A stretch of 64,000 nt of DNA from Eledone cirrhosa (Eukaryota), in NCBI GenBank assembly GCA_964016885.1, contig OZ024752.1, positions 38,750,001-38,814,000 on the forward strand, given 5' to 3'. The stretch's first letter is position 1. Each line of letters begins with the position of its first letter. Shown piece after piece: positions 36,545 to 48,963 of this stretch. Position numbers and translations under genes: made by a program. A model generated the notes under the pieces. The model searched no databases. It worked only from the letters and a program-made list of their open reading frames with translations, and had not been told where the DNA came from.

Positions 36545-37185
36545 CTGTATGTCAATATGGTGGCACTCCTACAATTCCCTCAAGAGTTACAACACCATGT
36601 ATGCATGTTAATATGGCCCTCCTACAATTCCCTCAAGAGTTACGGCCCCTTGTATGCATGTCAATATGGCGCCCATACAACTCCCTCAAGAGTTACGGGA
36701 TGATGCATGCATGTCAATATGACGCTCATGCTACTCTCTCAAAAGTTACGGCACCATGCATGCATGTCTATACTGCGTCCCTACAACTCCTTCGGGAGTT
36801 ACGAAACTATGCATGCATGTCAATATGGCGCCCTACAACTCTCTCAGGGGTTACGGAACCATGCAAGTCTATATGACACACCTACAACTCTCTCAATGCA
36901 TATCAATATGGTGCTCACGCGGCTCTCTCGGGAGTTACGGGACGATGCATGCATGCAGGGCCTATGAAAAGAGGGTCCAGCCGGTACTTTTTTCCTGGGC
37001 TCAAGAGCTAAGAAAGCCCCACAGCAACCATGCAGCATCCATTTTGAGAAAAAATCTTTGCCTGTTTCGGGCTCCAAAGGGATCTTGTACCGCCTTGCAA
37101 AATATCTCTTAGAGGCCCTGCCTTCATGTCAATATGGCGCTCCTACAACTGCTTAAAGAGTTATGACACGATACACGCATGCATA
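36545..37185. repeat. Degenerate tandem repeat of about 55-60 bp (ATGCATGTCAATATGGCG..CCTACAACTCCCTCAAGAGTTACGG)
   Basis: About 8 diverged copies. Confidence 0.8.
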
Positions 37186-37630
37186 TTAAAGAAGACTTTC
37201 TCTGAAGTGAATAAAATCAATCTGTTGGAATATCTACCATTAGAAGAATCTAAAATACAGGTTCAATCAAGATATAAAAGATATGTTTATAATGTTTCCA
37301 AAATAAAACAGTTAGTTAAGCTTACCAGTGAAAATTGATATCTAGTAGTGCTTAACTGACACATAATATTCCAAAAAGCTATAAATCTATTTATTAGACA
37401 TAAAATAGTGGAAAGATTTATGAATTTACGAATCATTATCATCATCATCATCATCATCACCATTGTTTAACGTCCATTTTTCTAACTTAACATGAGTTAG
37501 ATAAATCGCCCCGTTGTGAGACAAGTCAGATTAGGTGACCGTGTCTTACTCATACAGAACTGTTTCTGGCTTGATTTCTACGGCTGGATGCCCTTCCTAA
37601 CGCCAACCAGCTTCCTGAAAGTTATCAGTC

Positions 37631-37694
<64 letters not shown>

Positions 37695-37696
<2 letters not shown>

Positions 37697-37853
37697 GAGT
37701 AAGTAAGACCCCGACGGCTGAGCTCAAGCCGTCGAAACGGCTTGAGCCCAGCCGTCGGGGTCTTACTTACTCCTATTACCCACTCTACTACCCTAAGTAT
37801 TGAGTACTTTGGTGCGTTATGGTCCACCTGGTTCCTTACCACTTTTCCCTCGC
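37695..37853. mobile_element. Hairpin-plus-tail element in (TA)n, copy 1
   Basis: About 38-bp inverted repeat followed by an about 80-nt tail shared with 38277-38472 and 44126-44314. Confidence 0.7.
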
Positions 37854-38052
37854 TATATATATATATAGTTATATTTGGGGAGGGTCATATTATTATAATA
37901 TTACCAGAAATAATTTTCTAAAAATTATTATTTCTGGCAATATTATAACAATATGACCCTCCCCTCTAGGGTTCTTATATATTTGATATATATTAATCCT
38001 TACCGAGACCTCTTTGGATTTTAGTCTTCACATTTATTATTATTACTATGTT

Positions 38053-38156
<104 letters not shown>

Positions 38157-38239
38157 CAAGGAGACTATTCAAATAGAACTTAAAACGATAAGTTCTTGTT
38201 TTTTGGATATGTCACTATTTATAAAACAACTAATTCCTT

Positions 38240-38276
<37 letters not shown>

Positions 38277-38280
<4 letters not shown>

Positions 38281-38472
38281 AAAAAGTATGACCCCGACGG
38301 CAGAGCTCAAGCCGTTTCGGCGGCTATTTCTGAGTCCAGAAATAGCCGTCGAAACGGCTTGAGCTCTGCCGTCGGGGTCATACTTTTTTCCTATTACCCA
38401 CTCTACAACTCTAAGTATTGAGTACTCTGGTGCGTTATGGTCCATCTGGTTCCTTACCACAATTCCTTCGTT
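38277..38472. mobile_element. Hairpin-plus-tail element in (TA)n, copy 2
   Basis: About 53-bp arms with a short loop and the same tail. Confidence 0.7.
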
Positions 38473-39074
38473 ATATATATATATATATATATACTAGCAA
38501 CTGAGCCCGGTTGCACCCGGAGCCACTTGTTATTATGTTAATAATTTGAAAAATATTATTGAAAGTTTATTATAAAGAAGCAGTATCAGGAAAAAAAACA
38601 GAAATATGCACTTGGGGTTGGACGGCGTACAATGAGAAGTGGAGCGACGTGAAAAGCGTTGTTTAACAGCGAAATAGAAATGTCAATGATATGTAAGTTT
38701 GAAATTGCAGATTATGAAGGTTTGTATGATAGTTTACACTTTGATTGCCCTGGTCAGCAAGAGGGGCCTCTATATATTAGACGTTTATTAGAAGAGGGGG
38801 AAATAACTAACCCCAGTATTAGAACAGGGGGGTTCGCAATATAAGGGTTTTATTTCTTTTGTTAGAAAACAGTGACCGTTTTCGGTTTGGCATTTCGTAA
38901 AATTCTACTGCAAAATCGATTTCATAAAACAGTACTGTATGATCGTTATATAAGTATTTAAATTTAATATAGAGCAACTGTAATTGAAAAATGAATGTAT
39001 ATATATATGAACGTGTGTGTGCGTGTGTGGAGAATCTGGTATCGGTCTTTTACATATCTATAATCTATATCTGT

Positions 39075-39379
39075 GGAGGCATGTGGCCTAGTAGTAAGGG
39101 TATTGGACTTACGATCATAATGTCGTGGGTTCGATTCCTGGGTGGTGTGTTGTGTTCTTGGGCAAAAAACACTTAATTTCATGTTACTCCAGTATACTCA
39201 GCCGAAAATGTGTACCAGCAACAGCTGGGGCTTTAACCCTGCGACGGACTGGCATCCTGTCCATGGGAGGGGGGGGGGGGGTTTATTATACTCAAGTCGC
39301 TTCACGCAATGAAACCAGGCTAAGCACCGACCAAATGAACCTTCAGGCTTAAGAGAGACTTTAGACTTTAGACTTTAGA
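39075..39379 (+). mobile_element. tRNA-derived SINE family C
   Basis: TGGCCTAGTAGTAAG and GGTTCGATTCC boxes, CORE-like TCTTGGGCAA..CACTTAA, a different 3' body and an (ACTTTAG)n tail. Confidence 0.75.
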
Positions 39380-39525
39380 TATCTATATCTATATCTGTAT
39401 CTGTAAATACACACACAGCTAGTTCCACAACAAATTAGAAAGCCATATTCGAGGACACGTGTTTCACAGCAGGGCCGTTCTTTGTTTGTCATTGTTTGTT
39501 GTTATTTCTCTTTGTTACTTGTTAA

Positions 39526-39700
39526 GGACGGTGGATTGGCAGTATCGGTAGAGAGTCGGACGCCATGCTTTGACGCATAGAGTTACGGCCCTTGCCATTC
39601 TGAGTTCAAATCCCGCCGAGGTTTACTTTGCCTTTCATCCTTACGAGGTCGATAAAATAAAGTACCAGTAATGCTGGCCTTGTGCCTAAAGTAGAAACGG
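39526..39700 (+). mobile_element. SINE family B with a 19-bp flanking direct repeat
   Basis: GTTATTTCTCTTTGTTACT at 39501-39519 and 39700-39718 (probable target-site duplication). Confidence 0.85.
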
Positions 39701-39865
39701 TTATTTCTCTTTGTTACTCCCTTTTTCTCCCAGATCCTATTCTCCCCCTCTTTCTCTCGCTGTCATCGTTGTAAACATTCTCTCTGATTTGTTTGTCATC
39801 ACATACGATATTACCAAATATATACCTCATACTCCTTCCTCTCTTACTTTCTTCAACTTGAACAT

Positions 39866-40830
39866 GCGCGTGTGTGTATGTGTATAGATATGTTTGTGTG
39901 CGAGTGTGTATGTGCGTCTGTGTGTATGTGTGCATGCGTGTGTGTGTATGTGTTTATGTGCATGTGTGAGTATCTAAGTGTGTGTGTGTGTGTGTGAATG
40001 TGTCTGTGTGTGTGTGTGCATATCTGTGTCTGCATCTGTGTGAGAGTGTGTATGTGCGTCTGTGTGCATAAGTGTGGGTATATCTGTTTGTGTGCATGTG
40101 TGAGTATCTAAGTGTGTGTGTGTGTGTGTGTGTGTGAATGTGTCTCTGTGTGTGTGTGTGACGATGTCAGTGTCTGTGTGTGCATATGTGTGTCTGTATC
40201 TGTGTGAGAGTGTGTGTGTACGTCTGTGTGTATGTGTGCATGTGTGTGTGTGTATCTGTTTGTGTGCATGTGTGAGTATCTAAGTTTGTGTGTGTGTGAA
40301 TGTGTCTGTGTGTGTGTGTGACGATGTCACTGTCTGTGTGTGCATATGTGTGTATGTATCTGTGTGAGAGTGTGTGTGTACGTCTGTGTGTATGTGTGCA
40401 TGCGTGTGTGTGTATATCTGTTTGTGTGCAGGTGTGAGTATCTAAGTTTGTGTGTGTGTGTGAATGTGTCTGTGTGTGTGTGTGTGTGACGATGTCAGTG
40501 TCTGTGTGTGCATATGTGTGTTTGTATTTGTGTGAGAGTGTGTATGTGCGTCTGTGTGCATAAGTGTGGGTGTATCTGTTTGTGTGCATGTGTGAGTATC
40601 TAAGTTTGTGTGTGTGTGTGTGTGTGTGTGAATGTGTCTGTGTGTGTGACGATGTCACTGTCTGTGCTGTGTGTGCATATGTGTGTCTGTATTTGTGTGA
40701 GAGTGCGTGTGTGTGCGTGTATGTGCATGTATATGTTTGTGGTGTGACTGGGTCTGCGTGTGTATTTGTTTGTGACATGTCTGTGTGTGTGCAAGCGTGT
40801 AATCCAATGTGCTTAACACGTGCGTGTGTG
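39866..40830. repeat. Complex (GT)n-rich microsatellite with higher-order repeats
   Basis: Recurrent GTGAGTATCTAAG, GACGATGTCA and GTGAGAGTGTG landmarks. Confidence 0.9.
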
Positions 40831-40872
40831 ACTCTACGTATACATCCTGTTTGCCTGACTGCCGGTCTTGCC

Positions 40873-40908
40873 TTTTAATAAGTATCTCTCATCCCGATTC
40901 GTTCAGTT
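40873..40908 (+). promoter_or_regulatory. Candidate core promoter for the PLP synthase gene
   Basis: AT-rich TTTTAATAAG about 30 nt before an Inr-like TCAGTT (40903-40908), roughly 90 nt upstream of the putative ATG. Inference. Confidence 0.25.
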
Positions 40909-40992
40909 CTGATGAAGCTAAGCAATCCAGGGCGACTCTCTTAGTTTCAGCTATATCCACCCTTTTATTGTCGCTGCCTTTAAACTCCTGAT

Positions 40993-41029
40993 ATGAGTGG
41001 ACAAACGATTGGTGCTAGTGTTACCACCG
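40993..41029 (+). CDS. PDX1: PLP synthase, putative first coding exon ([12 protein letters not shown])
   Basis: ATG followed by 12 codons and a consensus G|GTAAGT donor in phase 1, as required by the exon at 53206. No homology support. Confidence 0.5.
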
Positions 41030-43752
41030 GTAAGTGTTATAAAATAGCTACCACTTTTATTTTTGGTGTTGAAAATAATGTGCCCAGCTAGTTTATGTTA
41101 TAAATAGCTTTACCTTATTACTTTTATATATTAGCAACCTTAGAAATTCTCACCATTCATTCACACAATGTTAAAATTATATATAAGAAGATAATATGTA
41201 TATTCCCGAATTTTGTCGGCGGGTAGGAGTAACCACCGTTAAAAAAAGGGTACTCAATACAATTGGTAGAGTATAAGCATCATTGTTAATATATATATAT
41301 ATATAGTCATGTAGAAGTCATTTCTATATATGATAAAGATATATTTTTTAAAATATGAAGATGTAATGTCTATATAATAAATATGACATAGTAATCTTTG
41401 AAACCCTGGTAAGATCGTGATTCAAACATGTATTTGTGCGATATTCCATTACTTCAATAGTCTTTAGTGGTGCCCTAACGTACAACGGATTATAGGAAAC
41501 ACAAATTACAAACACACCAATACCTACATATGTATAAAGATCAGCATGGAACCAACTAAGTACCCGCTACGTGGTCTCTCAGCTATTTAGAAAAAAGCAG
41601 CCGAATTCCTCTTAAACAATACCCTACCATTGTAAAAAAGAAAGGGTACAATTTGGATAATCGTCAGAAATTAAATTAAGGTGTTCATGATTGGAATACT
41701 TTGATCATAGGTCTACTCAATTGGGATCGATACGTTGCTAAATACTAACTAACATATCAAATTGCCGTCTGAACTGATCGAAAATATCAGATCGAAAAAG
41801 TATAATTGACTATATATCTTGTATTGAGTACTTTTTCTTGTAGTCGTTATAAACATACATACGTGTATGTATGTATGTGTACGTGTATATATATATGCAT
41901 GAACCTATGTACGTGTGTGTGTGTATGTACGTATGTGAGTATGCATGAACGTGCGTATGTATGCATGAACGTATGTGTGTATGTAAATATTATGAACGTG
42001 TGTGTTTATGTATGCATAAGCGTATGTGTGTGTATGTATGTATGCATGAACGTATGTATGTATGTATGTAAGCATGAACGTATGTATGTGTGTATTAATG
42101 TTCTTGGTGTGTGGTGAATAAAGCAAAAAGTTGCTAACATGTGCAGCTGCAGCAGTAATTTGATGCTCTCTGCAATAGGATTTAATTCGGTCTCTGCTAC
42201 GCTCAAATGAAGAACAACAAACTCAAACTATTCCTTCCAGCCCTAGATCTACTTAAACAACATTCAACTGTGCTACACAACTCGACATTCAACTTCTACT
42301 ATATTTCCCTTTTCGCTACACATTTTCCTAAATTTTTGTGTAGATCCACTTAGGCCCTGATTGATCAGACTGATTATCAAAACCGTTCCAGCCGCGACCT
42401 TCTCGTATTCGTTTCTTTTGGAAATTATTATGTATCCAGTACTATGTTATCAAAAGTAGTTTTAGATATCTTGTTTAAGACGATATGTGCGATTTAAGGG
42501 AAATTTGGCTGCTATTTCTAGCAGGTCGTACGATCACATAAGTGGTTTGTGCGTTGACTAAGTATCGAGGCTGCACTCCTAGCAGGCAATAAGCAATGTA
42601 CATTAATGCTTATGTAATCATAACTTCAACAGTTGTGACAAATAAAGAAATCTATCTATCTATTTATCTATCTGTCTGACTGTCTGTCTATCCTTCCATC
42701 TATATATCCATTCATCCATCTATATCTATCTATCTATATTCCACCTATCTATATATGTATGTATGTATGTATGTGTCTATCTACCTAGCGATGTATCCAT
42801 CTATATATATGTATCTATCTATCTATCTACCTAGCTATGTATCCATCTATATATATGTATCTATCTATCTATCTATCTATGTTTGTTTTTATATTTTTTA
42901 CACGACTGTATGTAAAATCCCCGGCATGTCTTTGTATTGTCCCCTTTCTTGTTGCGCCCTTGTGGCTAATAAAGAAATCTATCTATCTATCTATCTATCT
43001 ATCTATTTAGATGAGGGTTGCACATTTTTTTTCGGGGGTATGTGTTACCCATATAAACTGTCTCCCTCTATTGGGGAAAATCGACTAACTTTTTAAATTC
43101 CATTTGTGATAACATTTTACACGTTTTTATTGTATGTAAACTTCCCCCTTTGTATTTGTCCCCTTCTTTTGTGCCCCTGTGGCTAATAAAGAAATATATC
43201 TATTTATCTATCTATCCATCTATCATACATACAATTCATCTACATCTCTCTGCAGTGGGATGACTAATACTTGTCCAAACTATTGTATCAATCTCGCACC
43301 GATTTGCATTGCTAACGAGTGGGGTTTTTTGTTTGTTTTGTTTTTCTTTAAAGGAATGTAGCTTTGACAAACATCTATTAGGATTCTTGTCGACCTCACC
43401 CCTTCCTCCAAATTCCTCTGATATCGACCTTAAAGCCCTACACTAGTTTACACGCAACACATTTTCTTCGTTGGGGCTAATTTTACACTCAATTATAAGG
43501 GTGACGTTTATCACTAGTTGTATTTTATTTATAAATAAATTTGAATAATCTTTACGAGTCGGGGAGGGGCGGGGGAGTACAACTCCTTCAAAACAAATCA
43601 TGTTGCGTGTAATCTCTTAGCAAATTCCTAAGTCCCGTTTAATAATTGCACTGCCGATAAAATTATACATAGTTTCTAGTCTTTTGCTCTTTTCCTCTCA
43701 TTTATTATATTTATAGTCCTTTCTAATACTGCTTTCTTTTTTCTGTATGTTT

Positions 43753-43819
<67 letters not shown>

Positions 43820-44057
43820 TTAGAAAGTGAACGACACAATATATAATTACTCCATTACCAAAGGTTTCGGGACACTAGAGGGGTTATGAAATATATAACC
43901 CCTCTGCCTGATGAACGAACTAGACGTATGTTAGTCCTGAAACTAGGGTCCTGAAACCTTTAATAATGGAGTAGTTATATTGTGTTGTTCACTTAAATAG
44001 CTCTGTTTTAGACATAGAGCACTCTTTTCTCCTTTGCTTTTTCTTCGGAAATATTTA

Positions 44058-44127
<70 letters not shown>

Positions 44128-44366
44128 CGAAGGAAATGTGGTAAGGAACCAGGTGGACCATAACGTACCAAAGTACTCAATACTTAGGGTAGTAGAGTGG
44201 GTAATAGGAATGAGTAGGACCCCGGCGGCTGAGCTCAAACCGTTTCGACGGCTAATTATGGACTAGCCGTCGAAAACGGCTTGAGCTCAGCCGTCGGGGT
44301 CCTACTCGTTCCTATATATATATATATATATATATATATAGGAACGAGTAGGACCCCTACTATATA

Positions 44367-44423
<57 letters not shown>

Positions 44424-47400
44424 GCTTATATTCTGTATTCGATAAACTCTTTAAGGCTTAAAGAATGTTGGTTGACATTAAATTACAATGCTTTTTTTTT
44501 TATCGAATTTCGGGTTTAGTCCTCAGTTCACATCTGATTATATATATATATAGGTTCAATTGTTGTTTAGCCCCGAGTCAACCTTGCCTGAACAGACCTA
44601 TGATCAAAGACGTTTCAATCATATCCAAACACTGTCTTTTTAGGTATTGTGTATATAAGAGTAAATTATATAATGTGTTCATTTTTAAGACAGTAGTAGG
44701 CTATGATTTGAAGGAGATTTGGCCGCTGTTTCTAGCAGGTAGAGTAACCATGTAGAGCTTCTTTCGTTGGCTCGGTGTTGTTGTTTAATCCCAGGTCAGC
44801 TCTGAAGGAGTTGATCTATGATCAAAGTATTCCAACTATAACAATTCCGGGGCAGGGGGTTCCGCCCTGTATGTGAGGAATCCGGGTTCATGTTATCTAA
44901 GGTGGCCTTTTTTAAGACCGTAAAGTATGGTTTGATGGAGATTTGGCTGTTGCTTCTAGCAGATCGAGCGACTACGTATTTAGAGGGTCCTACGTTCGTT
45001 CGTGTTCCACAATCAGTAGATTTCTCGTTAGCTGAAGAGAAATATGATACTTTCTTAAATGTTACTGTTGGGATATTTCCACCCTTTTGTTCATAATCTG
45101 TATCAGTTTATCTGAAGCTAATGTTCCACGCAAACGTATTTACAAGGGTATGCTGAAAAGTTCATATGCTAACTATGAAGGAGTGATGCTAGAGCCGTAA
45201 AATTTTGCATGCTTTAATTTCAACTCTTATTAGTAACTGCATTGTTTCTTTCCAAGGACTATGTTGAAAAATAAACTTCATTTGGTCATTCCATGAGAGT
45301 ATCTTGGTCAGCCTATGAAATTTTCAGCCGGCCCTCATATAATAACTGCATTGTTTCTTTGTAGGGGCTATGTTGAAAAATAAACTTCATTTGGTCATTC
45401 CATGAGAGTATCTTGGTCAGCCTATGAAATTTTCAGCCGGCCCTCATATAATAACTGCATTGTTTCTTTGTAGGGGCTATGTTGAAAAATAAACTTCATT
45501 TGGTCATTCCATGAGAGTATCTTGGTCAGCCTATGAAATTTTCAGCCGAACCTCATATAATAACTGCATTGTTTCTTTGTAGGTGCTATGTTGAAAAATA
45601 AACTTCATTTGGTCATTCCATGAGAGTATCTTGGTCGGCCTATGAAATTTTCAGCCGGCCCTCATATAATAACTGCATTGTTTCTTTGAAGGGGCTATGT
45701 TGAAAAATAAACTTCATTTGGTCATTCCATGAGAGTATCTTGGTCAGCCTATGAAATTTTCAGCCGGCCCTCATATAATAACTGCATTGTTTCTTTGTAG
45801 GGGCTATGTTGAAAAATAAACTTCATTTGGTCATTCCATGAGAGTATCTTGGTCAGCCTATGAAATTTTCAGCCGGCCCTCATATAATAACTGCATTGTT
45901 TCTTTGTAGGGGCTATGTTGAAAAATAAACTTCATTTGGTCATTCCATGAGAGTATCTTGGTCAGCCTATGAAATTTTCAGCCGGCCCTCATATAATAAC
46001 TGCATTGTTTCTTTGTAGGCGCTATGTTGAAAAATAAACTTCATTTGGTCATTCCATGAGAGTATCTTGGTCAGCTTACGAACTTTTCAGCCGACCCTCG
46101 TATTTATTACTAGTTATTTCGTTCTCGACTGCAATTTCTTTTGGCAACCAACTTTGTTTTATGCCTTTGTAGTGTCTATCACTACACCTTCTTTACCAGC
46201 ATTACACGTGTTCATACATTTAAAATAATCCGCATTTAAATTAAGCCCATCAGAAGCTTCTTAACTAAATCCAGTCCACGCTGTCTCTTTTCTTTCATTC
46301 TTTCTTTTTTTTTTTTTAATGTTCTATATAACATTTTCTTGGGATGTAACCTTTGCCGGGTAATTTGCTTTTCATCATCACATTTTAATACTTCATAATT
46401 ACATGTTTTTTATCAAGCAATTTTTATTGTTACATTTATTTTCTCAAACAAAAAAGGCAGGCAAAAGGGGTGGACAAACGAATCGCTACCAGAGCAAAAG
46501 ATAACAATATCGCGAGGAGCACTGGTAAACCTCTCTAATAATTTTTTAGGCAAACCAGCACATCTTGCAGCGTTACCTCGGCTGATGGTGAGGCCGATGC
46601 TCTGGAACAACCAAGTGCCCTCACGAGTATTTTATCTTTGAACACCTATGTTTAAAATAAAAACAGATCCGTTCTATAGTATGGCTCGAATAAATTTATT
46701 TGTTTATTTTAACTGACAATATCTATGTTGATTTACAATAGTAAATTGATGTTTATAATAGTAAAAACGATTTAATAGAAAAAGAAAAAAAAAGTTTTTT
46801 TTAGATTGAGAAGAAAGAATGGAATGTAAAATAAGGATTTTCTTTTTTAAACGGATGGAAAAGGAAGGAGAAGGCAATGGCTCAAGTGTCATGGAAGAAT
46901 GGGGGAAGGGGGTGATTGCGCTCTAGGCCGCCTAGGGCACGACGGTATGGGGCTGTGCTCTGCGGACAAGACCGCAAAAGCATTTCCTAGTGCCTTCCAA
47001 TTAACGATATACAATGGAACACGTCTATTAATTGCTACAGACCATCAATAGAAAATATTGTCTCCTTCACTTAGAACTCTATATATTCTATGATACAACA
47101 AACTCGGGGTATTTGTCTGTAAATACTGGAGAAGGACAGTTTTATGGACCTTACAAAAACAAGGCAGTTTGTGAGGAAAATAGGTATTAAAACAAGAGGT
47201 GGTATATTTATTATAACTATCAAAAACAATGGCGTAATTAGAGTGTGTGTGGTTCGGTGCAACCTTTGAGTTTTCCGCCCCGTCACCGGGGCTGCCACAT
47301 ATTTGCATATATACAATAGACCCAAAAGTGTCGCCTGTTGTGGATCGCCCCTTCTCACCTTCTCAGCTACGCTTCTGATTAAAAATAAAAATAAAACGAA

Positions 47401-48915
47401 GAGTTTGATTCAAATAAAGTGAAAGTAAAGATGATTAGTAAGTAAAGTACTAAGAGAACGTTTAACTTATTATTAGTGTTAGAGAAATGCCTACGGTGAA
47501 TGTTAAGTAAAATATGCAGGGCCGCCATATAAACTAGGTTAATCATCAAATAGGACGATAAGAGATATAGTGGAATAACAGACTAACTTGAGAATGAGAC
47601 ATTAAATTTACCACCTCGGCGTTTTGATGTGAAGAGTTCAATAGATCACGTTCTGTTATCTAGTTGACCCTGATAGCAGATATCCTAAGAAGTGTCAATG
47701 ACATATTCTGTCCCGTACGAGCCCCCCCCCCCCCTCCGCGCTGAAAAGTTAATAAGCTGACCAAGGTACTTTCATGGAATGACTAAATGAGGGTTTATTT
47801 TACAACATAGTCGCTGGAAAGATCGATAAAATAAAGTTAAAGTACCAAGGTCAGTTTGATTGACTAACCCCACCCCCAGCTTTCTGGCCTTGTGCCTTAG
47901 CCCTTTAGTTACCAAACTGACACAAACCGGCTCTGGTTCTATGAAATAAAGTCAACCATTTGAAAGGGTTCAAATTTAAATTAAAATCTTCCAACACAAT
48001 TTCTTATAAGAACTTTACATTAACCCTTTAGCATTTAAACTGGCCGTATCTGGCCAGAATCTCTCGCTTCTTTCTGTTCAAACTGGCCGTAACTGGTTGC
48101 TTATACTGATGTTAAGGTATTGTTCTCAAAATAAATATTATCAAAATCTCATAGATTCGATAGTATGTGAGGTAAAGTCTTAACCACAAAAATACAATAG
48201 TAAATATAGAATAATGTAAATGCTAAAGGGTTAAGTTATTATCTTAGTAATGAAATAATTAATAATTTTAGTAAATCCCTCAAAATTCTTTATTAATTAA
48301 TTAAAATAGAGTGTATTTTATGAAAGGGTTAAATGTATATTACAATTTTTCAATCTACTTTTGCATATTTAAAAAAGCTTTAGTCAATTTTATTTTAATA
48401 TTCTGTTTCTTCTAGAAATTCCAAATTGACAGTTAGGAGGAAAGTAATCCTTAGCAATTAGTCAATTTAAACTGCTGTTAAATATGGTAAGGTTTTAAAA
48501 TAGCATTAAGATATTTCATTTTCTCACGTTTAGCAAACATCTCCCTTGCTAAATGTGAGAAACTGACAGGATTGGACATTTTATGGCAAAAAATAACACA
48601 ACAAGGTCGAGAAATATGGTAGAAAAACTTTTTTTTAAAAGATGATAATTGCTGTACCATGTTTCTCTAATAAGTTCACATTTACTTTTAAATACTCAAA
48701 TACTTATATAAATTATCAGAACAATTTTACAGGCAAAAAACCAACAGGCAGGAGACCCAGGGGGTAGATCCTGAGCAAAATGGTTGGATAACATCCATGA
48801 ATTCGACTGGTCTCACTTGGGATCCAACCAGATCAATTGAAGGCAGCTGCTTCTGGCAGGACCCACTGGAAGGCATGTTTGGGGATTCTGCTCCCACAAC
48901 TCCCACGACTCTCAC

Positions 48916-48963
<48 letters not shown>

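Noticed and set aside
38493-38525. Helentron/DINE-like left end (ACTAG..CCCGGTTGCACCCGG)
   Set aside because: The motif is suggestive but I could not define a matching other end or a second copy.
40908-40951. Hammerhead at CTGATGAAGCTAAG...CTTAGTTTCAG
   Set aside because: A hairpin is present but there is no GAAA or stem III after it.
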